Shown here: positions 11,172-23,340 of the stretch, piece after piece | How the letters are laid out: each line of letters opens with the position of its first letter | Numbering within the stretch: position 1 is the stretch's first letter | Translations under genes and position numbers: made by a program | The notes under the pieces: generated by a model | What the model saw: only the letters and a program-made list of their open reading frames with translations | Told to the model about the DNA's origin: nothing | Databases searched by the model: none | Assembly: GCF_006345805.1 (NCBI RefSeq) | Contig: NC_043004.1 | Coordinates: 83,576,001-83,640,000 of the forward strand | Direction: 5' to 3' | Source of the DNA: Octopus sinensis | Taxonomy: Eukaryota | DNA: 64,000 nucleotides

Positions 11172-12883
11172 CAATGTCACAAAGTCATACAATGCTCCCG
11201 AAATTGCAGTAAGAACCACTGTTTACGTATTTAGTTAGCTCTTTGCTTTTCTTTAGGAAATTTACTTCAGTGTAACTTCATCTCCCTTTAGAAAATTTAC
11301 TCGAGTGTAACTTCACGTCGTACTCTTATCTTCATCCTGAAATGGTATTTTCAGTGTCGGCCGGAGTTTTTGCCTGACATGAAATCCTATCTTCAAAAAT
11401 TCTTCAGACATATCCTACCAGAAACCTCATTCACAGTAGCCAGTATGCAAAGCTTTTCCGTGCAAAATGTGGGTCGGTCTTTAAGAAAGACTCACCTCAT
11501 TGTTGGCAAGATAGCTCACTAAAGTTAATATAAATTTCCTATTTTGACTACACGCCAGTAATAATAATGTCATTTTCTCCTCTATCGAATGAATTACGTG
11601 TTTATAGCAAACGAAAATATGAATGGAAACTGTATTTTCTTTTATTTATCTTAAGCTATCTATTAAATCATTGAATTAATTTTGCAGACGATGAAATTTT
11701 CATCGTTGTTGTCATTCACGTAAGCAGTTGACTGTTCGGTATTCATTAAATGAGAAAGCGATAGACAGATATGGCTAAAAATATATATTCGCCGTCCTCC
11801 ATATGCTAGGATGAGGTACTTTGAAGCCACACTACGTTGATGCATACTATATGTGCCTTCATATTAGTGTATTCTCTTATTTTCCCTGTCACCGTTCCAT
11901 GTAATGAGAAGATTAGGTCTGAGTGTAGAAGGAGCAAACGAGAGTGTTGTATCTTATCAGCGGAAGAATACAAGTGATAAGTGAATAAATCATAATATAG
12001 TAAGATCGTCTGAGAGATAACTGATGAGCCCTAAGTTACACCCAATTTGGTAAGATAACAAGGAGAATGCAAGGGTAAGGGGGACAGGGATGTGGACGAC
12101 AGAAAATCGAGTAAGTCTATGTGGGGGTGTAGCATTAAGTACATATTTTATGATAGAACAATCATGATAAAATACAAGCAATGGAATCTCACAGTTAAAC
12201 GCGTTTATCTAAATTATTTCATATTGAGACACCCAGGAAATACTTATGAGGTCAGAGGCAAAGTATTTTTATTGTGCAGATGTAATATTTGTGACTGGAG
12301 CAACAGATTCAAGACACTTTACAAATATATCACACACGACGTTGATGAAGAAGATCTTGATCAGCTGCCGAGAAAAACGAATGCGATAGCGTGTGTAAAC
12401 GTTGTAATGGTGTTGCTCAAAGCTATCTGGGAACTGATGTGTCGTTTGAGAATTAATGATGCTGAAATTATGTTCTCGTGCACGAATAAACATCTTGAAC
12501 AGCAAATGATTGCTTAATTCAGTGAATACTTGAACGGTTTGGAAGATAACAGAATAACAATAGTCTCATTTGATAACGATGTAAACGTGGTAGAGTGATA
12601 ATGAACAACAGCTTGCGGAAATAATTTCATTTCAAGTCTTATTCTCATGCGTGTACCGACGTTCCGAGTTCAAAAACTGAAAGATTTGTGTTCAACTTGT
12701 CTTCCTTCGCGTTCGCTGATAGAAGAAAAAATAATTGGGCACAAGTGAAGTGAGATCATGTCAAATGCGACACTTCTGTACAAAATTGGCGCCTGACGGA
12801 AAAACTGGATAACAAAATGATTCACTCGAAAACAAAAAATTACTTCCTTCTCTCGGAAAACCTTCCCAAATCCTGAGCAACAT

Positions 12884-12972
12884 TCTTCTTCTTCTTCTTT
12901 CTTCTTCTTCTTCTTCTTCTTCTTCTTCTTCTTCTTCTTCTTCTTCTTCTTCTTCTTCTTCTTCTTCCTCTT

Positions 12973-13071
<99 letters not shown>

Positions 13072-13100
13072 TGTATATATATATATATATATATATATGT
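12884..13100. repeat. Compound microsatellite (CTT)n(ATT)n(TA)n
   Basis: Directly visible; explains the poly-N and poly-K ORF 12670-13155. Confidence 0.95.
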
Positions 13101-13487
13101 GCAATATATGTATATATGTATGTGTGTATGTAAGTATGTATATATGTATGTACATATGCGTGGACAGATCTTTTAACAGGCATCAACATTACCTTCTTCA
13201 CTCCTAACGCCCGTATGTTCTAACAATGTAATTTTGCCAAATACAGTTGATTTCATATTCAATGCTCCGAAAAAGCTTTATGATGTTACTCAGACACTCA
13301 ACTAAGAGACCATAACTTACAGTAGAAACAACTGCAAGCTAATGATATTCATAGCATAACCTTTGTCGGTTTTATTATCCCTTTGTCCCTATTGCCACTC
13401 GATGCTCATCAAACATTGTTTTCTGGACTATTCGTATACTGAATTCTACACCAAGCTTTTAGCCTCGCTATGCCTAAGCGAGATATT

Positions 13488-13534
<47 letters not shown>

Positions 13535-13737
13535 ATATATAAATGGATGAATGAATTATCCTTGTTTACCGTTAACATGGAAAATTCAATAAACAGTTAC
13601 CAGGGTAGCAAAATTCACGCAAGTAACATGGATGAAACGATCTATTCAAAGGTAGAAACTCCGGGTTAACGCGCAGTAATTTGTGTAGTATAAGTAAATA
13701 AACGGAGTTAAACGCAGATGTTATTAAAATTCTTTTA

Positions 13738-13819
13738 CTTTCGACATGTGTTTCGAAGAGGACATTGGTTTTATTCGAAAGGAATAAACGTGTAAAATGG
13801 AATCTTCACATCAGGAAAG
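13738..13819 (-). ncRNA. Hammerhead motif, core-mutated (CTGATGT, A9>U)
   Basis: Minus strand CTTTC-CTGATGT-GAAGA...TCTTC-GAAAC-ACAT-GTC-GAAAG; inverted partner of 13850-13931. Confidence 0.6.
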
Positions 13820-13849
13820 AATGTCTTGTTGTTGAGATAGGGTCTCTTT

Positions 13850-13931
13850 CTTTCCTGATGAGAAGATTGCATTTTACATTGTTTATTCCTTTGGAATAAT
13901 ACTATGTTGTCTTCGAAATATATGTCGAAAG
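13850..13931 (+). ncRNA. Type-I hammerhead ribozyme motif
   Basis: Helix I CTTTC/GAAAG; core CTGATGA 13855-13861; helix II GAAGA/TCTTC; GAAA 13915-13918; helix III with U.G wobble; GUC cleavage after 13926. Confidence 0.75.
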
Positions 13932-13974
13932 TAAAAGAATTTTAATAAAATCTGCGTTCAACTCCATTTATTTA

Positions 13975-14042
<68 letters not shown>

Positions 14043-14054
14043 CTTCATTCATAT

Positions 14055-14074
14055 CATTATTATTATTATTATTA

Positions 14075-14127
<53 letters not shown>

Positions 14128-14160
14128 TACTACTACTATATATATATATATATATACATA
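14055..14160. repeat. (ATT)n(ACT)n(TA)n microsatellite
   Basis: Directly visible. Confidence 0.95.
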
Positions 14161-15073
14161 TATATATTGTCATTCATTCTTATTGCCATTGTTACTTCTC
14201 AGTGATCCTGTATAGGTTGATACATTGAGATAGCATGAGGGTTTGAATGGTTTTCAAAAGCATAGTTCACCATTTGTCTGCCCGGGGCATTTCCGCTTAT
14301 TTGTTCAAACATTCATCTCTTTGTTTCAAGCACTCCTTTCATAATTTTCATCTTCCTGTGGTGGTTGAAACAAAATGGATGTTTCTATCATACATGATGA
14401 ATGTATGCCTGAAAAATATGTCCGGTATTTCACTTGTGATATACAGGATAGACAAATTTTTATATGTCGGCTGAGGAGAGGCGAATCACTTAAATCTATA
14501 TTTAAACATTCATTTCTACATTTCTAGACTACAACGTTTGTAACGTTTTCGCTGTCAACATTTGATTTTGTAAACGTACACAACTCTGATCCTTCTCATT
14601 TCAATGCATTTGACGTTGTGCTCCAGCCCGTCATGGAGGCCCCATGGATGTCATCTCAAATTCAGTTTGGAAAAAAAAACTAAAATTAGAGGAACGCATT
14701 CTTCACACGGGGACACATATGATTATGCACCCCCACCCAGATAAAATAGAATAAGCTTTTCGTGCGTGATTTAAGGCATATTTAGCTGTTGTTTTTAGCA
14801 CTCTGAATAAGGCATATAATTTAAGCATTTAATAAGCGAAAAATACGAAACTCTAGTAAGCAGTTTGGCTTATTATTTTGGAAACAGGATTCTATATGTC
14901 CTGTGGCTTTCGATTATTAACATTATCAAAAATGCGCAAATATAAAGGTTATTGACTCATTATTTATTGATTTATGATGAAAAGGAATTTCCTGTCAATC
15001 ATTACTTTACAAAACTTCACCAATACACAAAGTATGACATCATTTCCAAAAATGATTAAAGAAATTAACAATT

Positions 15074-15292
15074 GGTAGCGAGCTGGAAGAAACGTTAGCA
15101 CGCCGGGCGAAATGCCTAGCGGTATTTCGTCTGCCGTTACGTTCTGGGTTCAAATTCCGCAGAGGTCGACTTTGCCTTTCATTTTTCAGGGTCGATAAAT
15201 TAAGTACCAGTTACGCACTGCGGTCGATGCAATCGACTTAATCCGTGTGTCTGTCCTTGTTTGTCCCTTCTGTGGGTAGTAAAGAAATAGAA
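15074..15292 (+). mobile_element. SINE family A monomer
   Basis: Full head, core and tail, matching the other copies. Confidence 0.9.
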
Positions 15293-15299
15293 ATTTACA

Positions 15300-15440
15300 A
15301 TTGGTACCAAACATAAAAGATCCGGAACAAGATCTGGAGTGTACGGGCTGTGAAGTAGATAGTTACCAGCATGGGATTTTGAGAAGCAGTATTTACTAGG
15401 GTGTAACAAGTAGTTTAGTAGGGTGTGTTTCAGTAGTCTG
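15300..15440 (-). mobile_element. Mariner transposase fragment
   Basis: Peptide LLHSPYTPDLVP resembles the mariner HPPYSPDLAP motif. Confidence 0.5.
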
Positions 15441-15818
15441 CTACAATTTGAAATTTTAAAAAAAAATGTTGACAGATCATATTCTTAAGGGTGTACTAAC
15501 GATTACTAAAATTAAAATGAACTATGGCATTTTTACTGTTTCTTATACAAAGTCTGGAATGCACCTCAGGTTTCTAAAATATACCGGTTGAGAGTCTATG
15601 AAAGAGACCCTACTGAGTCTAAGCAACGAGTTACACTAAAACATTATGACTATGAATGTTTGGAGAGAAGTGACTTTCCTCATTAATGCTAACACCTGCT
15701 GTACATTAACATTAATCTTTAGGAAATATATTATAAATAATGGTAAAAGCTAAAGTCATTCAAACAAATCTAGACTTGTAGAAGTAGTTGTAGTAGTGAA
15801 CGCTAAATATTAGAAATA

Positions 15819-15860
<42 letters not shown>

Positions 15861-16009
15861 ACAAGGCACAGACGGCAGGCGTGCAAACGATTCTGCCAGT
15901 TCACCACCTTAAGTCTGGGTCGCTATCATACATTTAAGTAGCGAATCTGTTCTTCTGCCGCTGTCTATGTACATGAAGTCAAAAGTTTTCACCCATTAAA
16001 TAAGCTCAT

Positions 16010-16031
16010 ATGAATAATAATAATAATAATA

Positions 16032-16088
<57 letters not shown>

Positions 16089-16132
16089 TAATAATAATAA
16101 TACAACTACTACTACTACTGCTACTACTACTG

Positions 16133-16202
<70 letters not shown>

Positions 16203-16222
16203 TTATTATTATTATTATTATT
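16010..16222. repeat. (AAT)n(ACT)n(AAT)n(ATT)n compound microsatellite
   Basis: Directly visible. Confidence 0.95.
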
Positions 16223-16770
16223 GAGTGAGAGAGCAGTTCATGCCATCAAAGTGACACTGAGGTAAAATATACGAAGCCCAATATACCCATCATGACTACC
16301 CATCTGATAAAGGTACACCAGGCACATGCATCACAACCATATGTGCGCGACATGGTGATCTCATATCAATATAAACAGCACATGACCTTGCAGGTGGGGC
16401 CCAGTTAGAATTTTCTTCAGGTTGAGTAGCCCATCCCGCTCAAAAGGTCCCTGAATAAGGGTTGTTTAAGGATGTTGAAAGAACCACCCATGTTTCCAGA
16501 GGTGAACTATTCAAACCCCAAAGAATCCCTCTCAACACATGGCTATGATGCTCCCCCACTACTTCTGCTCGTGATCAGAGATGCACATATCGTCAGCCAC
16601 TAAGGGACATGCTCAACTGGTTAAGGTCAAACAACTGACAAGCAAATCTGTGGTATTGAGCAGAATATTTGCTGTAGCCCATCTTTTATACCAAGACAAA
16701 ACAATGTACATGATAACACTTCCAATCAGTTAAGATCAGAAGCCATGAGAGCCACTGCCTGGTACTGCAT
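16221..16770 (-). mobile_element. Non-coding ~550-bp retroposon-like repeat (family D), longest copy, with (AAT)n on both sides
   Basis: Reverse complement of 37795-38255 and 16815-17290; ends ...CTCTCTCACTC-(AAT)n in sense orientation. Confidence 0.85.
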
Positions 16771-16814
16771 CATATTATTATCATTATTATTATTATTATT
16801 ATTATTATTAATAT

Positions 16815-17290
16815 TATTGGAAGTGTTATAATGTACAATGTCGTCTTTCTAGTAAAAAAATATACAGCAAATATTCCGTTCAATACCACAGATTTTCATG
16901 TCAGTTGTTTGATCATAACCAGTTGAGCATATCCCTTAGTCACTGAGGATATGTGCATCGCTGATCATGAGCAGATGTAGTGGGGGAGCATCATAGCCAG
17001 TGTTGAGTGGGATTCTTGGGGGTTTGGATAATTCTTCTTTGGAAACATGTGTGTTTCGTTCAACATCCTTAAACAACCCTTATTCAGGGGCCTTTTGAGC
17101 GGAATGGGTTACTCGACCAGAAGAAAATTCTAACTGGGCCCACCTGCAAGGTCATGCACTGCTTATCTTGATATGAGATCATCACGCCGTGCACATACTG
17201 TCCTGATGCATGTGCCGGGTGTACCCTTATCAGATGGGAAGTCATGATGGGTATACTGGGCTTCGTATATTTTACGCCAGTCTCACTTTA
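16815..17290 (+). mobile_element. Family D copy (more diverged)
   Basis: Aligns by eye with 16221-16770 (inverted) and 37795-38255. Confidence 0.85.
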
Positions 17291-17546
17291 ACGAGCATGC
17301 AATGGTGACGATGATGAGTAGGATGATTATGGTAGTGGTGGTGGTGGTGGTGGTGGTAGTGCTGGTGGTGGTGATATTGATGTTTGAACCTATAATGTTT
17401 ATATTTGATAAGAATGCCCAAGCATTACAAGAGTTGGCATAATAAAAGGGATACGAAACGAGGGCATGTGCAGACATTCTCTCTCACGCATACAGAATCA
17501 TATATTCACATGCAAACATGAACACATATATATTTATATATGCATA

Positions 17547-17588
<42 letters not shown>

Positions 17589-17653
17589 GATATATCGACA
17601 GATATATTGATACATAGATAGATATATGTATACGTATATACATGCATATATAT

Positions 17654-17687
<34 letters not shown>

Positions 17688-17977
17688 TACGTAATAATGA
17701 AGGGTGAAATTAATTAATTTGGAATAATTATCAATTACACCAAGTAGTCTTCGGCATGTAAAAGCCTCATTCGAGGAAAATTTAAGTAATACTAAGCAAT
17801 AAAGGGTTTAGCAACGAATTGCCTTACCACATACCGAATTTAGAAATAGCAGTCAAAGAGTTATAGCTATTTCTTCTACTAAAAAGGGAGATCTCAGTAA
17901 AAACAGCAATTGGAAGGCAGACACAAACAGGTAAGAGAGAATGAATTGACGGCAATCTATCATACAATTTTAAGTTA

Positions 17978-18077
17978 TCTACGGACGTACGTTTCGAAAT
18001 CAAGTTTTTAGGAAAGCATAAGAATTAAATATTAAATAATTCTATCTCACCAAAACTTCTTTTCTCTTCAGCGTAGA
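17978..18077 (-). ncRNA. Type-I hammerhead ribozyme motif
   Basis: Minus strand TCTACG-CTGAAGA-G...C-GAAAC-GTAC-GTC-CGTAGA. Confidence 0.8.
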
Positions 18078-18298
18078 ATACTATAATCATAAATGATTAT
18101 ATATTGAATTTTGAGATACTAGAAGGCACCAACTCAACTCAGTATCAGAGCGAGCTAGAATCCGCAACTAGTATCACCAAATTCAATGTTTGAATGAAAA
18201 GATTGTGTCACCAGCCCCTTCCCACCCGCGATACTGAGTTGAGTTGGTGCCTTCTAGTATCTCAAAATTCAATATATAATCATTTATGATTATAATAT

Positions 18299-18398
18299 TC
18301 TACGCTGAAGAGAAAAGAAGTTTTGGTGAGATAGAATTATTTAATATTTAATTCTTATGCTTTCCTGAAAACTTGATTTCGAAACGTACGTCCGTAGA
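18299..18398 (+). ncRNA. Type-I hammerhead ribozyme motif
   Basis: Helix I TCTACG/CGTAGA; CTGAAGA 18305-18311; 69-nt helix II region closed by GAAA/TTTC; GAAA 18381-18384; palindromic ACGTACGT helix III; GUC cleavage after 18392. Confidence 0.85.
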
Positions 18399-18888
18399 TA
18401 ACTTAAAATTGTATGATAGATTGCCGTCAATCATTCTCTCTTACCTGTTTGTGTCTGCCTTCCAATTGCTGTTTTTACTGAGATCTCCTTTTTTAGTAGA
18501 AGAAATAGCTATAACTCTTTGACTGCTATTTCTAAATTCGGTATGTGGTAAGGCAATTCGTTGCTAAACCCTTTATTGCTTAGTATTACTTAAATTTTCC
18601 TCGAATGAGGCTTTTACATGCCGAAGACTACTTGGTGTAATTGATAATTATTCCAAATTAATTAATTTCACCCTTCATTATTACGGATAACCATATTTTA
18701 TCTCAGTAGATGACCACAGCATCTTGTTTTGGCTACACGCGGGTGGAAGGGGCTGTTGACACAATCGTTTCATTCAAAATTGAATTCGGTGATACTAGTT
18801 GCGGATTCTAGCTCGCTCTGATACTGAGTTGAGTTGGTGCCTTCTGGTATCTCAAAATTCAATATATAATCATTTATGATTATAGTAT

Positions 18889-18994
18889 TCTACGCTGAAG
18901 AGAAAAGAAGTTTCGGTAAGATAGAATTATTTAATATTTAATATTTAATCTTATGCTTTCCTTAAAACTTGATTTCGAAACGTACGTCCGTGGA
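18889..18994 (+). ncRNA. Type-I hammerhead ribozyme motif
   Basis: Same core. Helix I TCTACG/CGTGGA keeps pairing through a G.U wobble. Cleavage after 18988. Confidence 0.8.
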
Positions 18995-19182
18995 TAACTA
19001 AAAATTATGATAGATTGCAGTTAATTCATTCTCTCTTACCTGTTTGTGTCTGCCTTCCAATTGCTGTTTTTCTGAGATCTCCCTTTTTAGTAGAAGAAAT
19101 AGCTATAACTCTTTGACTGCTATTTCTAAATTCGGTATGTGGTAAGGCAATTCGTTGCTAAACCCTTTATTGCTTATTATTA

Positions 19183-19221
<39 letters not shown>

Positions 19222-19619
19222 TTTTATACCTTTGAATATACTTCTCTCTCTCTCACTATATGCATATATATATATATATATATATATATAGATATAATAT
19301 ATATATATGTACACACAGCGTAAATGTATGTATGCATGGATCTATGTATGTATCTATCTACAAACTTTAATTTAGGCGTGAAGTAAAAACGTAAATTAAA
19401 ACTGATTAAGATTTTAATAATCTGCAATAATCTTTGCAATAAAATTTAAAAAAGACAATCGAAATGATGTTTTGCGCGCTGAAAAATCTCAAAGCAAATT
19501 ATGGAGCCTCTCAGGAGACAAGTACAACTGCGCATAACTGCATATTGCAGCGAAGGTAAAATATAGAAGATCTGGATTTTGAAGAAATAAGAGAATGAAT
19601 GGGAGTGGGGATAGAGAGC

Positions 19620-19650
<31 letters not shown>

Positions 19651-19875
19651 ATAGAGAACAGTAACGTAACAATGAAGTAGAGAGTGATGTTTTTTTTTTT
19701 CATTTTGATTTGAAGAGATTTATAAATAATGTTGAAAGAGAAATAGAAAATGAAAGTAAGAAGGAAATGAAAGATTTTGTAAGCTAAATGGGATTCTATG
19801 AAAATAAATCTAACGGAGAAAAATAATCCAGAGAAATGGTGACTGAAACACAAGATATAAATTGATTTTTCCAAA

Positions 19876-19990
19876 GGGGCAGATATGGATGTGCGGTAGG
19901 AAGCCCGCTTCCCAACCATATGATCCTAGGTTCACTGCCACTGTGTGGCACCTTGGGCGAGTGTCTTCCTCTATAGCCCTGGGCCACCTA
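19876..19990 (+). mobile_element. SINE family B head fragment
   Basis: Similar to GGCTGTGTGGTAAG..CCAACCACATGGTTCCGGGTTCAGTCCCACTGCGTGGCACCTTGGGCAAGTGTC in the full copies. Confidence 0.75.
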
Positions 19991-20344
19991 AACGCGCGCA
20001 CACACACAGAACGTGTAGGTGACTATACAATACCTTTCTTCACCATGCTATGCACGTAGGCAATGCGAGAGTAGATTTTTAAGTATTATAAATCTTGTGT
20101 TGTTATCGTATGTTGTTTGTAACACAAGGCACCCGGAGAAGTCTTGAGCATACACAACCTAATCCTAGTGAAGGAACCAGCAAAATGATGACCCCAATCG
20201 GATTAATCTTGGACATTATAAAACGCAATGAGTGTACCTTTGGTCACGATTGCAAGGATAGAAGTGTAACAAAACAGACGCAATGGGAGTGGGTGTCACT
20301 AACAGATGCTAAAGCAGACGACAGCGTTTAAGGGTTCACTCCGA

Positions 20345-20572
20345 AGACCCTCTCTTACTCTTTTACTTTTTTACTTGTTTCAGTCATTTGTCTGTGGCCA
20401 TGCTGGAGCACCGCCTTTATTCGAGCAAATCGAACCAAAACCTACTCTTTGTAAGCCTAATATTTATCCTATCTGTCTCTGTTGCCGAACCGCTAAGTTA
20501 CGGGGACGTAAACACACCAGCATCGGTTGTCAAGCGATGTTGAGGGGACAAAGACAAACACACATACATATA
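20345..20572 (-). mobile_element. SINE family B 3' half
   Basis: Reverse complement of the family B tail (GGCGGTGCTCCAGCATGGCC..CAAATGACTGAAACAAG). Confidence 0.85.
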
Positions 20573-20578
20573 CAATAT

Positions 20579-20621
<43 letters not shown>

Positions 20622-20669
20622 TATGATAAAAGGCAGATTTTCTCTGCCTCCCAAACCGTTCGTTTTTTA

Positions 20670-21145
20670 TACAATTGTACAATATAGAATTTCTTCAATT
20701 GTAATTTACCTATGGTTTTACAAGTAGATTCCATTGGGTCATGGCATGTAATTTTTTTTTCAATTTCACCCCCAATTAAGCAAAAATTCGAGAAAACTCA
20801 ATATTTTATACGATTTCCCTCTTTCATTTCAAGTGCTTCACTCCTTCTATTACCACTACACTTTCTCCTCCTTTCTCTTTGCAAGTGTGCAACAATTAAA
20901 GTGAAAGTATTTATATATAAAAAAAATACAGAGCAAGCAGAAACAATAAATACATAACGATTTACTCCTCACACAATTTCTTCAATTGGAGTTTACCTAT
21001 GAATTTCCAAGTACATCCATTCGGTCATGGCATATAAATTCTTTTTCAATTCACCCCAAATTATGCAAAAATTCGAGAATATTTTACGATTTCCCTCTCA
21101 CTTCAAAGGCTTTACTCCGCCTATTACTCCCACTTCCTCTTTACA
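20670..21145. repeat. Diverged direct duplication, period about 287 bp
   Basis: TTCTTCAATTG.A.TTTACCTATG...GGTCATGGCAT...GCAAAAATTCGAGAA...ACGATTTCCCTCT at 20691 and 20978. Confidence 0.8.
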
Positions 21146-21944
21146 CACATAGACACGCAAACATATACATATATGACAGTGTCAATTGTTGAAAGAAAAT
21201 TGCAAGCTAAGGTGTGTATGTGTGGTATGTGTGTGGTGTGTTGTGTGTGCGTGTATAACAACAGGGATGAGCCATTAATAGAGGTCATCCTTTTTGCTAG
21301 AGGAAGATCCGCTATGGTCTTATATGCTACACCACTGGTTTTCAATTCATATTAATCAAATAATATTCAATTTTTCACTCTTATTATGTGTGTGTGTGTG
21401 TATTAGCAATTCGTATAAAATTGCATCAATGACTTGAACTTGAATAAGTGGTTTCACATAAACGTTGTTGTGTTGCATTTGTTAAATAATTGTAAACCGT
21501 AACCCTCCCCCTTTCGGAGAAGGGGCTTTGGTTATTGTTTCAAAATTGAATTGTGTCCCTGTTTGGGGAAATTGACAATATTTTCACCGTCATTTACGGA
21601 AGCATTTTTGTTAAAATGCCTTCGATAGAAGAATGTCCAAAAATGAATTTCGCTGCAGCCGTACACTTCTATACAAGAGGGAGGACAAGATCCAATTGAT
21701 CGAAATTGCAAGAGACGGGCCTACAATTCCAGTCTGTTATATATTTTGAGTATTGTTATCACTAGCGATATCAAGATATAACTTTGTATTTTGTATTTTA
21801 TGTGTAGATGTATATATATAGATGTACATGTACTATGTACACATATATACATGCATATATATCTACCCATACACACACACACACACACACACACATACAT
21901 AGGGGCAGGTGTGGCTGTGTGGTAACAAACTACGTTCGAAGATA

Positions 21945-23244
21945 CTGTACTTGATATGGGTGGTAGTGCCTTGCCGGTCTATGGCCTACCTTCAACAAAC
22001 CGGGAAGGCACAAACACTCTGTCTTCACATTTGCTGCGTGAGACATGTTTTAATGTTGACGAGCTTGCTGAGTACATAGCCGACAATGAGCCAAAGCTCC
22101 TTCCAGAACAGAAGTTCGCTTACAACTCTGTGTTAGTCATTCAGTCCGGGCCAAAGCTGGGAGGATTTTTTCCTGGACGCTCCTGGGGGCACTGGGAAAC
22201 TTTTGTCAACAAATTAATATTGACTGAGATTAGGCGAACACAAGGCATTGCCCTAGCTGTGGCATCATCTGGAATTGCGGCTACTTTTTTGCCAGGCGGC
22301 AGGACAGCTCACTCCACTTTCAAGCTTCCGCTTGACTTAGCGAGGACTGAGACACCAACTTGCAACATCAGTAACAGCTCCGATCAGGCAGATCTTCAGA
22401 CGATGCAAGCTTATCGTTTGGGATGAATGCACGATGGCCCACAGAGGTGCTCTTGAGGCACTAGATAGATCTCTCAGAGACATCAAACACTCTTCAGCTC
22501 CCATGGGAGGCATAACACTTTTTCTTTCAGGGGACTTCCAACAAACACTTCCCGTTATCCCAAAGGGACTAGAGCTGATGCAGTAAGTGCGTGTCTTAAG
22601 TTATCCACATTGTGGCCACTGGTGAAGACTCTCAAACTTCACACCAATATGCGTGCTCATATGCGACGTAATATCACATCAACAGCATTTTCTCACACAC
22701 ACCCCTTGCACTTGGCGAAGGCAAAATACTAGGGGATGAAAATGGTAATATTGCCATCGATTCCATTTGTACCATTGTTAAAACACCTTCTGATCTCACA
22801 GATGCAGTGTTCCCAGATCTACAAGCAAATTATCAGAATATGGATTGGATTGGCCAAAGGGCTATTCTGGCCCCGAGGAATAAACTGTTCACCATATTAA
22901 TGATGAAATGCTAAAACTCATTCCTGGGGATGTCTATGTATATAAGTCTATCGATACAACTCCTGACCCAGATGACGTCATCAACTATCCAATAGGTACT
23001 CAATTCCTTTGAGCCCCCCGGACTACCACCACACATTCTCAAACCTAAAGTTGGTGCCCCTATAATGCTCATTAGAAATTTGGTTCCCCCAAAACAATGC
23101 AATGGCACACGTTTGATCGATAAGTCCTTATCTCCCACCGTAAATTTATATCAATATTTGCCTGAATAATCATCATAATTCAGTGCAATCATTAACAGTA
23201 CTTTCAAGCAATTCAGCCCCGAGCATCGGCGGGCAATTCTGCTA

Positions 23245-23245
<1 letters not shown>
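21945..23245 (+). mobile_element. Helitron fragment: PIF1-like helicase pseudogene plus 3' terminus
   Basis: Across frameshifts: FLDAPGGTGK (Walker A), LAVASSGIAATFLPGGRTAHSTFKLP, CKLIVWDECTM (Walker B), GDFQQTLPV, [24 protein letters not shown]. The fragment ends in a GC-rich hairpin GCCCCGAGCATCGGCGGGC followed by CTAA-T (canonical CTAG|T). Confidence 0.92.

Positions 23246-23336
<91 letters not shown>

Positions 23337-23340
<4 letters not shown>

Larger units (their letters stand above)
13690..13980. mobile_element. Foldback of two Penelope-type terminal-repeat (pLTR) fragments (family 2)
   Basis: Arms ~13690-13822 and ~13846-13980 are imperfect reverse complements. Each contains a hammerhead motif, and the block lies between (TA)n tracts. 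Confidence 0.7.
17690..19186. mobile_element. Penelope-type pLTR cluster (family 1): one inverted copy plus two tandem copies, in (TA)n
   Basis: 17690-18146 and 18230-18685 are near-perfect inverted repeats (about 4 differences by eye). 18736-19186 is a third, tandem copy. Each copy carries a hammerhead, and the block is flanked by (TA)n on both sides. Confidence 0.8.

Noticed and set aside
11700-12560. 141-aa ORF 12092-12517 and overlapping antisense ORFs
   Set aside because: No motif I can recognise on either strand; probably an old TE relic. A blastx/HHpred search would be needed.
14230-14480. Possible RTE LINE 3' end on the minus strand
   Set aside because: The similarity (SSCMIET..., KRK) is fragmentary; not supportable without a search.
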